Source: Octopus bimaculoides
Taxonomy: Eukaryota
Reading direction: 5' to 3'
NCBI RefSeq assembly: GCF_001194135.2
Contig: NC_068995.1
Location: 13,693,407 to 13,757,389, forward strand
Length of the DNA stretch: 63,983 bases
Position 1 is the first letter of the stretch. Each line of letters opens with the position of its first letter. The notes under the pieces are model-generated. The model worked only from the letters and a program-made list of their open reading frames with translations. It did no database searches and was not told where the DNA came from. The position numbers and the translations under genes were made by a program. Positions 10,536-24,162 of this stretch are shown here, piece after piece.

Positions 10536-13500
10536 AGATGTATTTATCATTGAAAACTAATCAGGGTAATGTGTAGAACTTTTACGTTAGAAATACTCAG
10601 CATATACCCTTATCTTGCAATGTATATGAAAAGAATGCACTATCTTTGTTATGCACAATTGAAACCCAAAGCAGAAAAATATTAACATATAAATTTCACA
10701 ATAATAGATTATAGTAAAGTGGGCATTAAAATACTCAGTGTAATACCCACCAAAATTACTCCTATTGTAATCATTTAAATTATTCATTTCCAAGCAGAAT
10801 TAGTAGTTTGGATAACTGTTCTCATCACTAAAGCTGTAATTTTAATAACATTATTTCATGCTGCATACATCCCTGGGCATTTCCCTCTTGCCAGTTTTTA
10901 AAAATAACTGTACCACTCCTTATCTGCATAGTTCTGAAAAGTACCCAGGATGCCCCACAGAAAAATGCCCGATATAATCATCAATATCAGTGGGAGAAAT
11001 GAGATTGTTTCTCAGGGCAGACAGGGAAAACATACTATTGATGTATTAGTGACAACATAGCAGCACACAATATGCATCCACTCAATAGATTACAGTCAAC
11101 TACTAAAATAGACTGACTAATAAAAACTGCCTGACCAGTGTGAATGATAGGCACATACAAGAATGTAACTATTTGGATATCTGAATTAGTCTCCTAACTT
11201 GAGTAGCAGACAAATCATCAGTTTTAAATGATGTGTGTGTAGCAATATATGTAAAAGGGCATACAATTCTTAATACACCAGCCAAACTATTTGGAAGAAA
11301 TACATTTAAAGATGTCTGTAAATTTTTGGACTGGATGTTATTTTTTTTTTGCCTCAGTCATCCTTTTAAATAATAGTGTGACACCCAATTTAACTGGTTT
11401 TAGTAAGTACCCAGTATGTATTACAGAGAAATACAATATCATTACCATTATCGATTGGCTAAATGAAATCATATCCCAATGCAGACATCAAAATTGATTC
11501 CTATTGAAAAATTGGTTGATGTTACAGAGAAAATAATTAAATATAAGGATGACAAGACAGCAGCAATGCTGTAGTAAGCAATATTAGCTACATAACCAAT
11601 TATCAAAACAGCTTGACCAATGAAACGAGGCTGACTAATGAAAATGATAGGTATATATATAAACATGCAAATATCTGAATAAGTAAATTAGTCACCTGAA
11701 AGACTGCAAACCATAAAATATAACGATTAAATCCTCAGTTTAAATGTTTATACTCAAACAAATAGATAATTCTTAAAACACCAGATAAACTAAATGAACA
11801 AATTTAAAAGTGAAACATTTTATTAAACTAGGTAGAGATGTTTACTATCTAAAGAAAAATATTCTCAAATTTTAAGATTGGTTGTTATTTGCTGATTTGC
11901 CTCTTATTTTTTAAGAAGAGTTGGTGTCAAGAAGGGCATTCGGTTGTAAAACCGAATGCCCTATCTTGTATGTGCATATTCATCTAATCCATGCTGGTAT
12001 GGAAAAATGGATGTAAAACAAATGAATGATGTTAAACAATAATCTATCATAGCTAATAGAATATAAAAACAGGTATATTTTAGTATTTTTCAGAGAGGTT
12101 TGCTGTTATGATAATATTCAATCAGATTTTCATTTTGGTCTATGGCAATCCTCATTGTAACTGAATAATTGATACGGCTTGAGGAAATTCTCCAGGTGTG
12201 ATTGCATCACGAATGAGGATTATCTTATCTTTGAGATGGTTCTATGCTATTGGCTTGTCATTATGGTGAAACTTAGACTTTTGGCAAACCAAGAATTTAA
12301 GTCTGAAAATGTGGGGAAGGAGAGCAAGCATGAAGGCAACTTCTATTGATGATTTTGTCCTCTGTGAATGCTGCAGTGAGGATCTGTTTGGCACTTGCAG
12401 CAAAGTGTTGCACTGGTGCTTTATTTTGCTGCCACTTGAGGGGCAAACATAATTGCAGCAACTCTAGATAATTGTTGCTGTCATCAGTATCATTAAAGAA
12501 CAGTGTTAAGTGACTGTATTGAAACAAAAATGCCATGAACACACACAATTTTGGTGAATGTAATGAACTGACCACTTCATCAAATGGGAAGGAGGATTTA
12601 TCAGACCAGTGGATATTAGCGATAACTTTTGATTATCAAAGGAGCCAGTGAGCAAATTACAAATGTTATGGCTTATCTTTCATTTTTAAAGTTTGCATCA
12701 TCATCATCTTAAAAGTATACAAAATTGTGAATACTTTGTCTGCAGGTTAACTAGCAATACTACTTGGTGACTGTGCATAACTTCATCAACTGTCACTTCC
12801 TTCAGAGATGGACAATCAATTTCATTTTTACCCAAGTCACTTCCTATCTCCTAATGTATTTTTTAAAAAAATATTTTTTTTATTATTATTAATCATGCAG
12901 CTGTTGGTGACAGAAAAGGCTGGTGGCAAGACAATACTGAGATTTATGCAGTAACATAATTTCTACATGTGTATTGTTGTCCATGAGTAAGAGATTATAA
13001 TTGAACAGTATGAAGGTAAAACTTTACATATTGTAAAAGTTATTACGAAATATAAACTGGTGTAATATGTCATATTTTAAAACTAACAATCAATCCAAAA
13101 ATTTAGATATTTTTCTTATAAACTGTCCTAACTAGTTTCACTTTCACTATTTAAAAAATTGTATGTAAATGTGTACAAAGCACCTGCAGTACTCTTCTGC
13201 TGGTGCTACAACAAAACCCCATACATGCTGTGCTCCTTCTACAGTAATTGTTGAGGAAGAGAAGCTTCCCTAGTGTTGGTGCTATGAAAAATGCACCTAC
13301 TGTAAAGTGATTGGAAAAGTGATCAAAGCAAGCATAGGGTTATGAAGTTCCATTAGTTCTGGTTTGCTGGGGACTATTTAATCTCTCTAATGTGGTGCCA
13401 CCAGAAAATGCACCAACTGCACTCAGTAAAGTGGCTGGTGATAGGCAGGGCATCCAGTTGTAGAAAGCAAGTCAAAGGACATGTATGAGCGCTTGTCTTT

Positions 13501-13821
13501 GGGAACAGTGACCCCCAATACAAAAGGTCTTGGACGATGATGATTTAGCCAACCCATGCCAGCATGGAAAAAAAGATGTACAATATATATAATGTACACA
13601 AATACGAGTAAATATGAATGTGTGTGATTTTATTATCAAGATATCAAACAATAGAATGATTCAATTGGAATGCAAATTTTCTTTCTACTAATAAATATTG
13701 GTAGATGGAAACTGTGTAGAATCCCATCATATATATGGACAAACTTCTCTAGTATCAAGAGCATGATAAATTGCATCTATCCCATGCTGTAAAGTCAGTG
13801 CTGACATGAACAGCAGCCTAT

Positions 13822-13823
<2 letters not shown>

Positions 13824-13873
<50 letters not shown>
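13824..13873 (+). repeat. Poly(A) tract, 50 nt
   Basis: Uninterrupted A run. Confidence 0.95.
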
Positions 13874-13874
<1 letters not shown>

Positions 13875-16139
13875 GAATGAAAAGAATAGGCATGGACACT
13901 ACAGCCCCAGCACTGGCAACCAATCAGAGAACAGTACTCATCATCATCATTTAACATCTGTTGTCCATGCAGGAATAGGAAGGACTCTCTAGTCTTCTCA
14001 CTGACAACTTCTCAAGAGTCAAAACCCATTTATTATAAAAATATGCCATCAAAGATTTCTTCAAAGAAACCCAGTATTTAACTGGCACACTGTAATCTTA
14101 GTTACCAACATTCCATGCCTAAACCAAGCATATTTATTTCAATGAACCCCTTTGACAATATGGATTTGCACAAACTGGGAAACAATTAAACCTGCCCTAT
14201 TGCTTGGACTTACCCATACAATTCTACAAACATCAAAATATGACACGGTAGATGTTTCAGTATATTGTTACCAATACCATATACCCTAACACTACTCGAA
14301 GACAAAAACAGAACTAGGATCCAAGAGGAAAAAAAAAAAGAACCAAACAGCAGCACCAATCCCAAACCAAAGAACTCTCATTTGGAAAATCAAAAGATTA
14401 AACAAAAGAAATAAACTAATACACTACCAGCAGTAACAACTACAACTAATATTAAATAATAAAACTCAAATTCTACAAAATATTTCTAGAACATGATGGA
14501 AAGGGCTGCAGAGGAAGGTAAGATCATTGAAAGAAGTGCAACTCAAATATTAACCGAAAAATACAGGGCTGTTGTTTCACAAATTGGCTCACTGATCAAG
14601 GAAGACAATATTTTATTCAATGACGCTAAAAAAATAGGAAGAGATACTACAGGAACAATACTGCTCTGTCTTTGATGATTCCCACTGAAGCTGACTTATG
14701 CAGTATGAATGAAAACATGCTGCCACGTAATCCCTAACAACTTTCAGTACACCAGGCATCATAGCAGCAATGAAAGAAAATACAACACTACTCAACAGAA
14801 AGCCTTGATAAATTCCTAACTGGTGTTTGAAAGAGTGTTGAAATCGACTTCTATCTAAACAACAAGATGTTATTCAATGAGTAAAACAAAATATTATGCA
14901 GCTACTGAAATGAAATTGGAGTTTACCAACTTTGGGAAAGAGGATGTCCTTACACAATCATACTCTCTTCTCTCAAAAGAACCTCTCACAGAGAGTAAGG
15001 AGTAACTGTTGAAAACAGCCTCAGGAAGAGTATCCATATCACAAATAAAGTTGATATGGCTTGGAGGAGGAGCTCTGGGGTCCTCACAACATTCAAGGTT
15101 GGAGATTCAGATGTCATCATCTTTCAGTTGTCTACCTTCACAGTCTCCTTGTTTCCTGTGGTCTCTTCATCATTTTAATGTCTATTTTCCATGCTTGCAC
15201 AGATCAGACAAGAGTATGTAGCGACAGAGTTTTTTGTGGCTGGATGTCCTTCCTGTTGTTACCCACCCATTTGTTTCCAAGCGAGATAATAATCTCTAAG
15301 TCTAATGAACAAATAAACAGCCAGGATATGTAAACACCTGGATATGTTTGGACCATTAACAATTCCCTATATGACTGAGCTATGGTGTTCTAGAATATGA
15401 AATTTACTTGTTTACAAATGAAGTACTTTATCTCAGACATCTGGGCTGCAGTATATATAACTAAACATTACTGCTGTACAAATGGGGCCAAACACACATG
15501 ATGTACTTTTGGTCTATCATGGTCTGCCTGTGGCTATAGTAGATCCTTGTCAAAGTGTCATGACTTTGCTAATTTGCAGTTTCCTACAGCTTAATGACGT
15601 CATAAAAAGATGAACGACTTTGCTCTAAATCATGGTTGTGACATCCAAGATGACCTTTCATGATTTCTTCCATATCTAAGCTGCTATACAGCTTACGGGT
15701 ACTAACCCTAACCATCTACATTGACTAATTACTATAAGAATCAATAAATCCATGCTATAGTCATTAGCTAGTGATCAATATATATTATTTATTTATGCAA
15801 GACACAAATGTGACGATAAATAAAATCATTTATTTGACTTTTTAGTGACCAAAGATACGTGTCATCTGGTGACTGACCCTATTGGCTTTGTATTTGTGTG
15901 TTGAGGGGGTGGCATTCATGCATTTCTCAAGAGGTATTTTGTTGGATTAAGTGAAATATCTGAAGAGCTGAATCTAGGTTGTGGACTTGATTTACAACTT
16001 ATACCATGGCACTTGCTGAAGGATTCATTTAAAAATACCACCACCATCATCATCAAAGCAACTATTAGAAAAACAAAAATAGAAACAAAGCCTCTACATA
16101 GACTCAAGCGGCTAGAAATCGCAACCCCACCATCTTGGG

Positions 16140-16290
16140 GGAAAATAAAAAAGCAGGCAGAACATATTAGATAATGTGATCCTTCCAAGAACTACCTCTA
16201 AAAAAAGGTAGGGGGACAGTGAAGGATGGAAATGCCTTTGATAATAGGTCTGCTTGATCAGAGCAGACCATGGGTCTAAATAACAAAAAA
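16140..16290 (+). mobile_element. SINE-like repeat family D (3' end ...GACCTGGGGCTAAACAACAAC)
   Basis: Recurrent motif GCCTTTGATxATAGGTCTGCTxGATCAGxGCTGACCTGGGG, also at about 18070-18170, 26640-26830, 37170-37330(-), 50320-50500, 51040-51220(-) and 63290-63470(-); related pieces at 48165-48320 and 48985-49200. Confidence 0.6.
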
Positions 16291-16976
16291 AAAAACAGCA
16301 ACAATAGTAAGACACAAAAACAAAAAAAAACACACAAACTTTTGAAATGAGGTAAATTGCATGAAAAATGAAGTTAAAAAAATAGTTTTAAAATAATTTA
16401 AAAAAAACAAAAAAACTCAAAACCCTCACTGAGGGCAGACAAATAATAATTTGGAGTTAGAAAAGCCATACTGTGACCTGAAGTATAGAATATATTGGAG
16501 CAGATGAATCATTTTGGATGAGTTAGCATCTATATCTAAAACAAATTATATTTGATGAAGTTTTTGCTGAATGTGGCAAAATTGATCAGCAAAAGAAAGA
16601 AGTAGAAATGGCCATCATTGTCATCTTCAACATCATTATCATCTTTACTTATTATGACTTCAATTCCTGAAATATATAACTCTTTGTAATATTTTATGCA
16701 TAAATATATTTAGAAAGCGTAAAAACATTATTTTCTTTGGGATTCTTTTTGCTTTTTGAAGTTTTATAGAAATCATTGGAACAAAAAGAAAGAAAAATGA
16801 AAGCAAATTAACAAAAATATTCAGAAATCAAGAGAAAAATAAAAATTAATTTTTGGGGGGAGTGGGGAGGGAAACCCCACAAAGGAAATTATAAAAAAGG
16901 AACAAAAAATGATAAAATTTGAATTTCTTGGAAAATCTATAGAAGACAAAACAAAAAAAAAAAAAAAAAAAAAAAA

Positions 16977-17775
16977 NNNNNNNNNNNNNNNNNNNNNNNN
17001 NNNNNNNNNNNNNNNNNNNNNNNNNNNNNNNNNNNNNNNNNNNNNNNNNNNNNNNNNNNNNNNNNNNNNNNNNNNNNNNNNNNNNNNNNNNNNNNNNNNN
17101 NNNNNNNNNNNNNNNNNNNNNNNNNNNNNNNNNNNNNNNNNNNNNNNNNNNNNNNNNNNNNNNNNNNNNNNNNNNNNNNNNNNNNNNNNNNNNNNNNNNN
17201 NNNNNNNNNNNNNNNNNNNNNNNNNNNNNNNNNNNNNNNNNNNNNNNNNNNNNNNNNNNNNNNNNNNNNNNNNNNNNNNNNNNNNNNNNNNNNNNNNNNN
17301 NNNNNNNNNNNNNNNNNNNNNNNNNNNNNNNNNNNNNNNNNNNNNNNNNNNNNNNNNNNNNNNNNNNNNNNNNNNNNNNNNNNNNNNNNNNNNNNNNNNN
17401 NNNNNNNNNNNNNNNNNNNNNNNNNNNNNNNNNNNNNNNNNNNNNNNNNNNNNNNNNNNNNNNNNNNNNNNNNNNNNNNNNNNNNNNNNNNNNNNNNNNN
17501 NNNNNNNNNNNNNNNNNNNNNNNNNNNNNNNNNNNNNNNNNNNNNNNNNNNNNNNNNNNNNNNNNNNNNNNNNNNNNNNNNNNNNNNNNNNNNNNNNNNN
17601 NNNNNNNNNNNNNNNNNNNNNNNNNNNNNNNNNNNNNNNNNNNNNNNNNNNNNNNNNNNNNNNNNNNNNNNNNNNNNNNNNNNNNNNNNNNNNNNNNNNN
17701 NNNNNNNNNNNNNNNNNNNNNNNNNNNNNNNNNNNNNNNNNNNNNNNNNNNNNNNNNNNNNNNNNNNNNNNNNNN
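16977..17775. other. Assembly gap (799 N)
   Basis: Run of N after a poly(A). Confidence 1.
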
Positions 17776-17885
17776 TAAAAGATTTTAAATTTAAGAACAA
17801 ATGCAGTTAAAATGGCCCTTTCTTTTAATGCAAAATATTTTTAGGGAATTTACTTATATAAATAAAATCACCCAATATCTTCCAT

Positions 17886-17920
<35 letters not shown>

Positions 17921-18953
17921 ACATATATATACATACATACAAACATCTTTGTGTGTGTGTGTATATATAAGAATGTAGAAGTTATAGCAGTCTTCTTTTT
18001 AATATCAGCGGTCACTTGACCTGCAATAAACAGCAACCACAAATCAATTCTTGCCATAAAAAAAAAATGTTAGGCAAAAAGACAGGATGGTCATGGCTAC
18101 TGGAATGCCTTTGGTTATAGGTCTACTTGATCACGGCTGACTTAGGTGCTAAACGACAACAACCACCACCCAGAGTGGTATAAGCTCAGTCATGGGCAGA
18201 CTGTGGGTCGCACACCTAATTTCACAAGGAAAATAACATTTATTAAAATGTTTAAGTAGTGCGGTCCACCATGTCTCATGTGGCCTGCATCTTGAGAGAA
18301 GGTGTCCATAGCTGATAATCCAAGTGACTGATTAATTGGGATTACCTCAAATATCCTTCCAGATTTTAAAATTATCATTTTTTTCTGAAAGACTTTCACA
18401 ATCACTATGGATTTGAATTGTGACTTCAAAACAGGTTGTAGAGAAGTAATGACAAAAAGAAAAAAACAAAAACCCTACAAAAAAAACAAAAAACAAATGA
18501 TTTGATACAGTGCAGGTGGTGCTAGGAGATAAAGACTTATAAAAAAAAAAAAGAAAAAAATTATGGTGTGTGGCTTTCTTATTTTTCTGGATGAGATATT
18601 TTAGATGAAATAAAATGTTGTTGTTGAAGTAGAAGTGATCTCAGTTCGTTAGAAGCAGTAGTGAAACCAGGTTTTTGAGAGCAATCCTCCAACATCAACA
18701 ACATCAGCAGTAATAATCATATGTTAGCTGTCAGGTGAGCTGCAGAAGTGGTAGTAGTAATAATTATAATAATAGCAGAAGTAGTAGTAATAGTAGTGGT
18801 GGTGATGATAGTAGTGATGGTGGTGTTGATGTTAATATTTTTAAAGTAGTTTAAGTCGACAGCTCATTTCTGCAAGATTTGTGATTTTGCAAGTTTAACT
18901 GAAATGAACGCTTGTCAAAGAACTGGTAGAGGAGACAGGTGGCTGGTATAACG

Positions 18954-19073
18954 TCATGTTTTCAGCACAACTTGTAGATCAGCTGGTAAAGAGCAGATGA
19001 TAGTGTCGACATGTTGGTGAAGTTTCACAACACAGTTCCGGTCAACGGCTGATTGATTGTTGGCAGCAAATGT
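18954..19073 (-). CDS. DENND6: DENND6 terminal coding exon (in-window exon 16)
   Basis: ttctag|TFAANNQSAVDRNCVVKLHQHVDTIICSLPADLQVVLKT-TGA; compare human [25 protein letters not shown]. Confidence 0.93.
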   Translation of the reverse strand, partial: TFAANNQSAVDRNCVVKLHQHVDTIICSLPADLQVVLKT

Positions 19074-20475
19074 CTAGAAGAGAGATGGGGGGAAAAAAAT
19101 TAAATAAAACAATAGATCTTTCGGTAATGGTATTTTTTTTTAATGTTGGGTGCACTGGCAGAATCATTAGAGCTTTGGCAAAAAATACTTAGCTATATTT
19201 ATTCCAGCTTTTTACATTCTGAGTTCAAATCCTGTCATAGTCAACTTTGCTTTACATCCTTCTGGGGTTGATAAAATGAAGTACCAGTCAAATACTGGTG
19301 TCAATGCGATCAACTAACTTCATTCCCTCAAAATTACTGCCCTTGTATCTAACTCAGAAACCATTCTTATTATTATTAAAACTGGCCAAGCTGGGGAAAA
19401 TACTTAGTAACATTTTGTCTGTCTTCATGTTCTGAATTTGAATTCAGCCGAGGTTTATTTTGCCTTTCATTTTTTGTGGGGAGGGTCAATAAAATAAGTA
19501 CCAGTTGAGCACTAGGGTTGATGTAATTGACTTACCCCCACTCCCAAATTGCTGGCCCTGTGCCAAAAATTTGAAACCATTATTATTAACACAGGTCTTC
19601 TAACATCAGGTTCATTGCAAATTACTATCATGTTGGAAGAGATATGCAATATACATGAAAGAACAATTAGATCACTGGGAACCCATGACTTTATATTTTT
19701 TTTTATTGATTCGTTTTTTATGGCTTAACTCAAGGGAAGTAGGGTAGCATTCATGACCTTATTGCAGTGTCTCCAATTCTGACAGAGGGTAGAGAGAAGA
19801 ACCTTTCAGATCTGGGATTATATTCATATCTTAAATCTGTTAAAGTGCTTCAAACAGTGAGATTCTGTTAAAAGCATTCAGGTACCAGGTGGTGGTGTTA
19901 AACAGAGCAACACTCTATGTCTACAACCTAAGAACAGAACCAGTCCTCCAACAGGGTTCAATATTTCATTCACAAAGCCTGTAGAAAAAAGGCACTTGCT
20001 TAAAACTTTTGACACCACCCTTTGTTTTAAAGTGATATAAATTAACTTCATCAAAATTCCATATTAATTTATGTCTTTCATACCAGCTTAATGATGGCAC
20101 AGTTATTTTACATTTTGCATTATTTTCAAAATTAATTGAAAGCAAGGTAAAGTATTCCAATAGAAAGTGTAGTGGATTCTCACACCAGGAATAGTGTGAT
20201 TGTGAAACAAAGAACTTATTCCCACAGCCATCTAAGCTTGAATCCAACTACTTCATAGACGGCCAAAGAAGTGCATTTTGGACAGTTAAGCAGAATATCA
20301 TTTAGCTATATAAAACTCATGGAAAAATAAAAAAGATATCCAGTCTTAAAATATAATGAAACAGATGTTGTCAAAGTTATGAAGCAGAGTAATGAGGACT
20401 TGTGAAAAAGAAGCTAAGGTTCCTTGAGTCAGGAACCACAATAAAAAACAAATTAAATTTTATTTGTTGCATTAT

Positions 20476-20704
20476 TTAACGCTTTAGCATTTAAGCCAGC
20501 TATATCCAGCCCAAATATTTCATCTGCTTTATGCTTAAACTGGCCAGATCTGGCCTCTTGTAGCTGCACTACAATAACATTCTAAAAATAAAGATTCACA
20601 TTATTAAAATCTTGAAGCTACAAGATAATGTATAATTGGTTCAAAACAATGTGAATAAAATAAGCATTACATTCAACTAAGTAATCTGAATGCTAAAGAG
20701 TTAA
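20476..20704. mobile_element. piggyBac-type MITE, family P1
   Basis: TTAA-CGCTTTAGCATT...AATGCTAAAGAG-TTAA. Same ~220-bp body at 35124-35341, 45998-46207 and 59832-60061. Confidence 0.7.
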
Positions 20705-21208
20705 CATGTATTTTTTATATTATGAATTAGATGATAAGATTTCAATATAAATACAAGCACCAATTTTAGACGCAAAAGAACATCAGGTTTGGACATGAAC
20801 CATGAACCATCTTCACACACTGGGTATTATATAAATGTTACTTTCTACAATTTTAGCCATATATCTCCACAGGATAAATGGATCATCAGCAGGATAAGCT
20901 ATTTCATTAAAGTCAAATCCAATACAACAAAGTTCTCATCTTTGTCTATTGTTTGCAATGTGAAATAAACCCATGAATAAAATTTACAAATTTAGATGCT
21001 AAGCTTTTAACATGAATCATTAACCCACCATCTGCCTGAAAAAGAAAAGGCTAAGTCAGCTTTGGTAGGATTTGAAACGCAGAATGTAAAGGGACGTAAA
21101 TAAATATCACCCGAAGCTTGTTGAAAAATGTTACAGATGGAAGGAAACAATTGTTTTTTAGAAATGACAAGTTCAAATTCTAAAATCAAATGACTAATTC
21201 TCACAACC

Positions 21209-21242
<34 letters not shown>

Positions 21243-21252
21243 NNNNNNNNNN
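21243..21252. other. Assembly gap (10 N) at a (TA)n
   Basis: Run of N. Confidence 1.
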
Positions 21253-22992
21253 TACTATTTTCTTGTTTGTATAATACGAAACACAGTTGACACTTCCAAA
21301 TACAAAAAAGTTTGTTTACATATGTTGTATTATATTCATTTTTTTTCATTTTATCTAGTTTCAGCTCATGAGCTGTGGCCATGCTGGGGCACTGCCATTA
21401 ACAAAAATGAGCTTAGAGAAATAAGAGTGGCCAGTGGTATATAATTTGAACATTATAGACAATATATCTACATATATATTTCATGAGGAGCATGCAGAAG
21501 AGCAAGAACACAAATAATAATGTATCTATTCACTCTCAATATTATGTTCTGTAAGAATGTATTTAGAATGAATAGATATATTATACACACTCGTACACTC
21601 TTATGTATGTATATATAAAATAAGAGTTGGAATAGTTTTTATCAATAAAAAGAAAAAAAAAAGGAATATGTCGAAGGTGTTTCTGGAAACAAGCAGTATA
21701 TTACCACAGAATTATGGTAATGAAACAATTATGAAAGACATATAGAAGATATGTTTGAAGTAAAGATGTTTAAATATTGACCAATGTCATAATTCAAGCC
21801 TCACTACAGTCTCACTGTAGCCATTATGTAATGCAACTGAGCAAGGCATGTGATCTGTTTCTCTGCTGGCCATTACTCAATATTGTTAATCGACTACTCT
21901 TACTTACAGCTGACTGGATAGCAGTAGAAGGGCTTAGTCAGTTGGAAAAAGCAATCATTTAAAAAAATGTGTATGATGTCAGAAACTTATATAAACCAGT
22001 CCACTCATGTAAATGTAGGAAAATGTATTTAAGACAGTATTTAAATATAAAATCAATCAAAGATAGTGGATAAGAAATATATAATTATAAATGTATTGTT
22101 AGCCATTATCACATTTTATTCCTGCATGTGCACAAACTATCACACTGGATTTGAATAGGTACTCTTGTTTCTAAATTAAGGGTCAGAACATTATTATCAA
22201 TGGGGCGGGCAACTGATGCATACGTGTGTATCAGAGTGTTAGCTTAAAAATATAAGTTCCTTGTTTGAATCCAGTCATATCTAAGGATAAAAGAAAAAGC
22301 AGAACTTGGAAGCAATCAGAGATCAAACTGATGAAAGCATAGCTTAGATGTCATCACCATAACCATTGGCATCATCATTTAACACCTGTGTTCCATGATG
22401 GCATGTGTTGAACAGTTTGGCTGGATCCGATGTGTCCAAAGACTGCATTGTTTTACACTGTCTGTTTTGACATGGTTTCTATGGCCTAATGCCAACCACT
22501 TTGCAGCATGGACAGGGTGTTTTTCTGTTCCCCTTGCACTACTGAGGTTGCCATGCAGCTCACAGAAACTACAAGCCTTGGGATGATGGTGGTTTCAGCT
22601 TCACGCTAGTGGTTGAGAGATTGAACTACGAAAAGGGGAAGGGGCAGTGCGGGTTCTTGTAGGGGGATTTGTATGGATACTCATTTAGTAAGCAAAGGGG
22701 AGAGAAAGAGAAAATGAACTGAAGGAGTTGCAAGAGATAATGGTGATGAGGTGTCTTCATAAATACTTTATCTATAGATGTGAAGTTAAATAATCTGAGA
22801 AGAACTATAATCTTATAAAATTTCAGTAGGTGAAAATATGTAAGTCTTGATAAAAAGGAAAAATGGTTGTTCTGTTGTGATGTTTTTTGGAGTGGTAGCC
22901 ATGAATGTTATATATGAATATATGATCTGGTCAAGAAAAGGTATCTCAACAAAACATCATACTGTAGAGATGAAGAAGGAAAACAAACTTAC

Positions 22993-23067
22993 CAATTTTT
23001 CTCTTAATCTCAGAATTAAATCAACTATTTCAACTTCCTCTTTATCTCGTATCCAATCTTGGATATC
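22993..23067 (-). CDS. DENND6: DENND6 exon 15
   Basis: ag|DIQDWIRDKEEVEIVDLILRLREKL|gtaagt, 75 nt, phase 0/0. Confidence 0.96.
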
Positions 23068-23284
23068 CTAGAAATAATTAACAAGATGACAATTGGATAC
23101 ATAAAAAAAAAGAAAAAGTTTTGTTCATTAATAATAAATGTTTTCAAACATACATCCATGCATACAAACACATATACAGTATTTGAACTCAGAATGTAAA
23201 GAACTGGAAGAAAGGCCACTAAGCATTTTGTCTGATGACATGCTAACCAATGCCTTGATAATAGTAACAATAATAACTACTTAC

Positions 23285-23387
23285 CACATTACTTAAGGCC
23301 TCCATATGTAAAACTTGCAGTTTCTGATTGACTTCGTGTTGTCGGTGCCGATACCAGCCCTCAAAGTTGGCAGATTGGAAAAACCGT
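23285..23387 (-). CDS. DENND6: DENND6 exon 14
   Basis: ag|RFFQSANFEGWYRHRQHEVNQKLQVLHMEALSNV|gtaagt, 103 nt, phase 2/0. Confidence 0.96.
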
Positions 23388-23494
23388 CTAGGAAAGGAGA
23401 AAATAGCAATTTCTTTAATTATTGCACAAGAAATCATTGTTTTACAAGGGTAGGAATAGAGAAAGGGACATGGGGAAGAAAGTCGATTTGATCC

Positions 23495-23880
23495 AGCAAT
23501 TAGTTTTCGTACAAGACCTGGGTGACTTTGATCCTTCTGTATGGCTGTGAGAACTGGACTGACATGGAGAAAAGAATCAAGGTATTTGAGAACAAGCGCT
23601 TCAGAATGCTATTATACATCCCATTCACAGAGCACAAAATGAATGGTTTGCCTGGTATGGCCATGCATTCCACAATACCCAATCCGAAACCATACTTCAG
23701 GGCACAGTTGAGAGAAGGTAAAAAAGAGGCAGACAGAGAAAATTCGAGTTTGACAACATCAAGGACAGCACAGGTCACAACACAGAGACCAGTGGCAACG
23801 ACTGAGTATGGAAGCATCTAAAGTGGAACCCTAAAGACTGGCTGTATCAGTCAAGGGATGATGATGATGATGATAATGAT
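23495..23880 (+). mobile_element. RTE (BovB-like) LINE 3' fragment with (GAT)n tail
   Basis: ILLYGCENWT..MEKRIKVFENKRFRMLLYIPFTEHKMN, then frameshifted LAWYGHAFHNTQSETILQGTVERR*KRGRQRK: hallmark RTE C-terminal motifs. Confidence 0.85.
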
Positions 23881-23962
23881 TATATTTGCTTTTTATATTT
23901 GGTTTGCAAGATTCTTGATGTGAACTTGTGTGTTGAAATATATTCTGTTGTACCTTGGGAGA

Positions 23963-24162
23963 GTCATTATGCCAATAATAAACAGACTGGAGTAGAGAAA
24001 GTGTGTCCTTGATGAGGTTGTGAATAGCAATGAAAGGATTTTGTCAAACTTAGCTAAATGATTAAACCAAACAGTTAATTATTTGTCAATTGGTTAACCA
24101 ATTGACAAATAAAATAAAGTGAAATAAAACAAAGTGCATTTGTTTATTATTGACTTAATGAC
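23963..24162. repeat. Short foldback/MITE-like unit with 22-bp inverted arms and central 34-bp perfect palindrome
   Basis: Arms GTCATTATGCCAATAATAAACA and TGTTTATTATTGACTTAATGAC match at 20/22. Palindrome at 24079-24112. Sister copy at 27617-27910. Confidence 0.6.

Noticed and set aside
12297-12860. Open frames of about 109 and 50 codons on the minus strand, possibly spliced with 14613-14855 and 18225-18425
   Set aside because: A few ORFs of about 100 codons are expected by chance in six frames of 64 kb. The concatenated peptide resembles nothing I recognise and the donors are weak. A tBLASTn or RNA-seq check would settle it.
13980-14980. A-rich stretch with a 60-aa ORF and an LDKFL motif, possible LINE relic
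   Set aside because: Only one short motif; no ordered set of RT or endonuclease motifs could be read.
15701-15713. Telomere-like CTAACCCTAACC (also TAGGGTTAGGATTAGGG at about 54237-54253)
   Set aside because: Only 2-3 hexamers; too short to call interstitial telomeric sequence.
19966-20247. 93-aa ORF containing IWNFDE, reminiscent of a pogo/Tc1 DDE motif
   Set aside because: Single motif, no TIRs and no downstream catalytic residues; length is within chance expectation.
22329-22355. Second hammerhead-like string CTGATGAAAGCATAGCTTAGATGTC
   Set aside because: The GAAA core is mutated and stem I cannot form.
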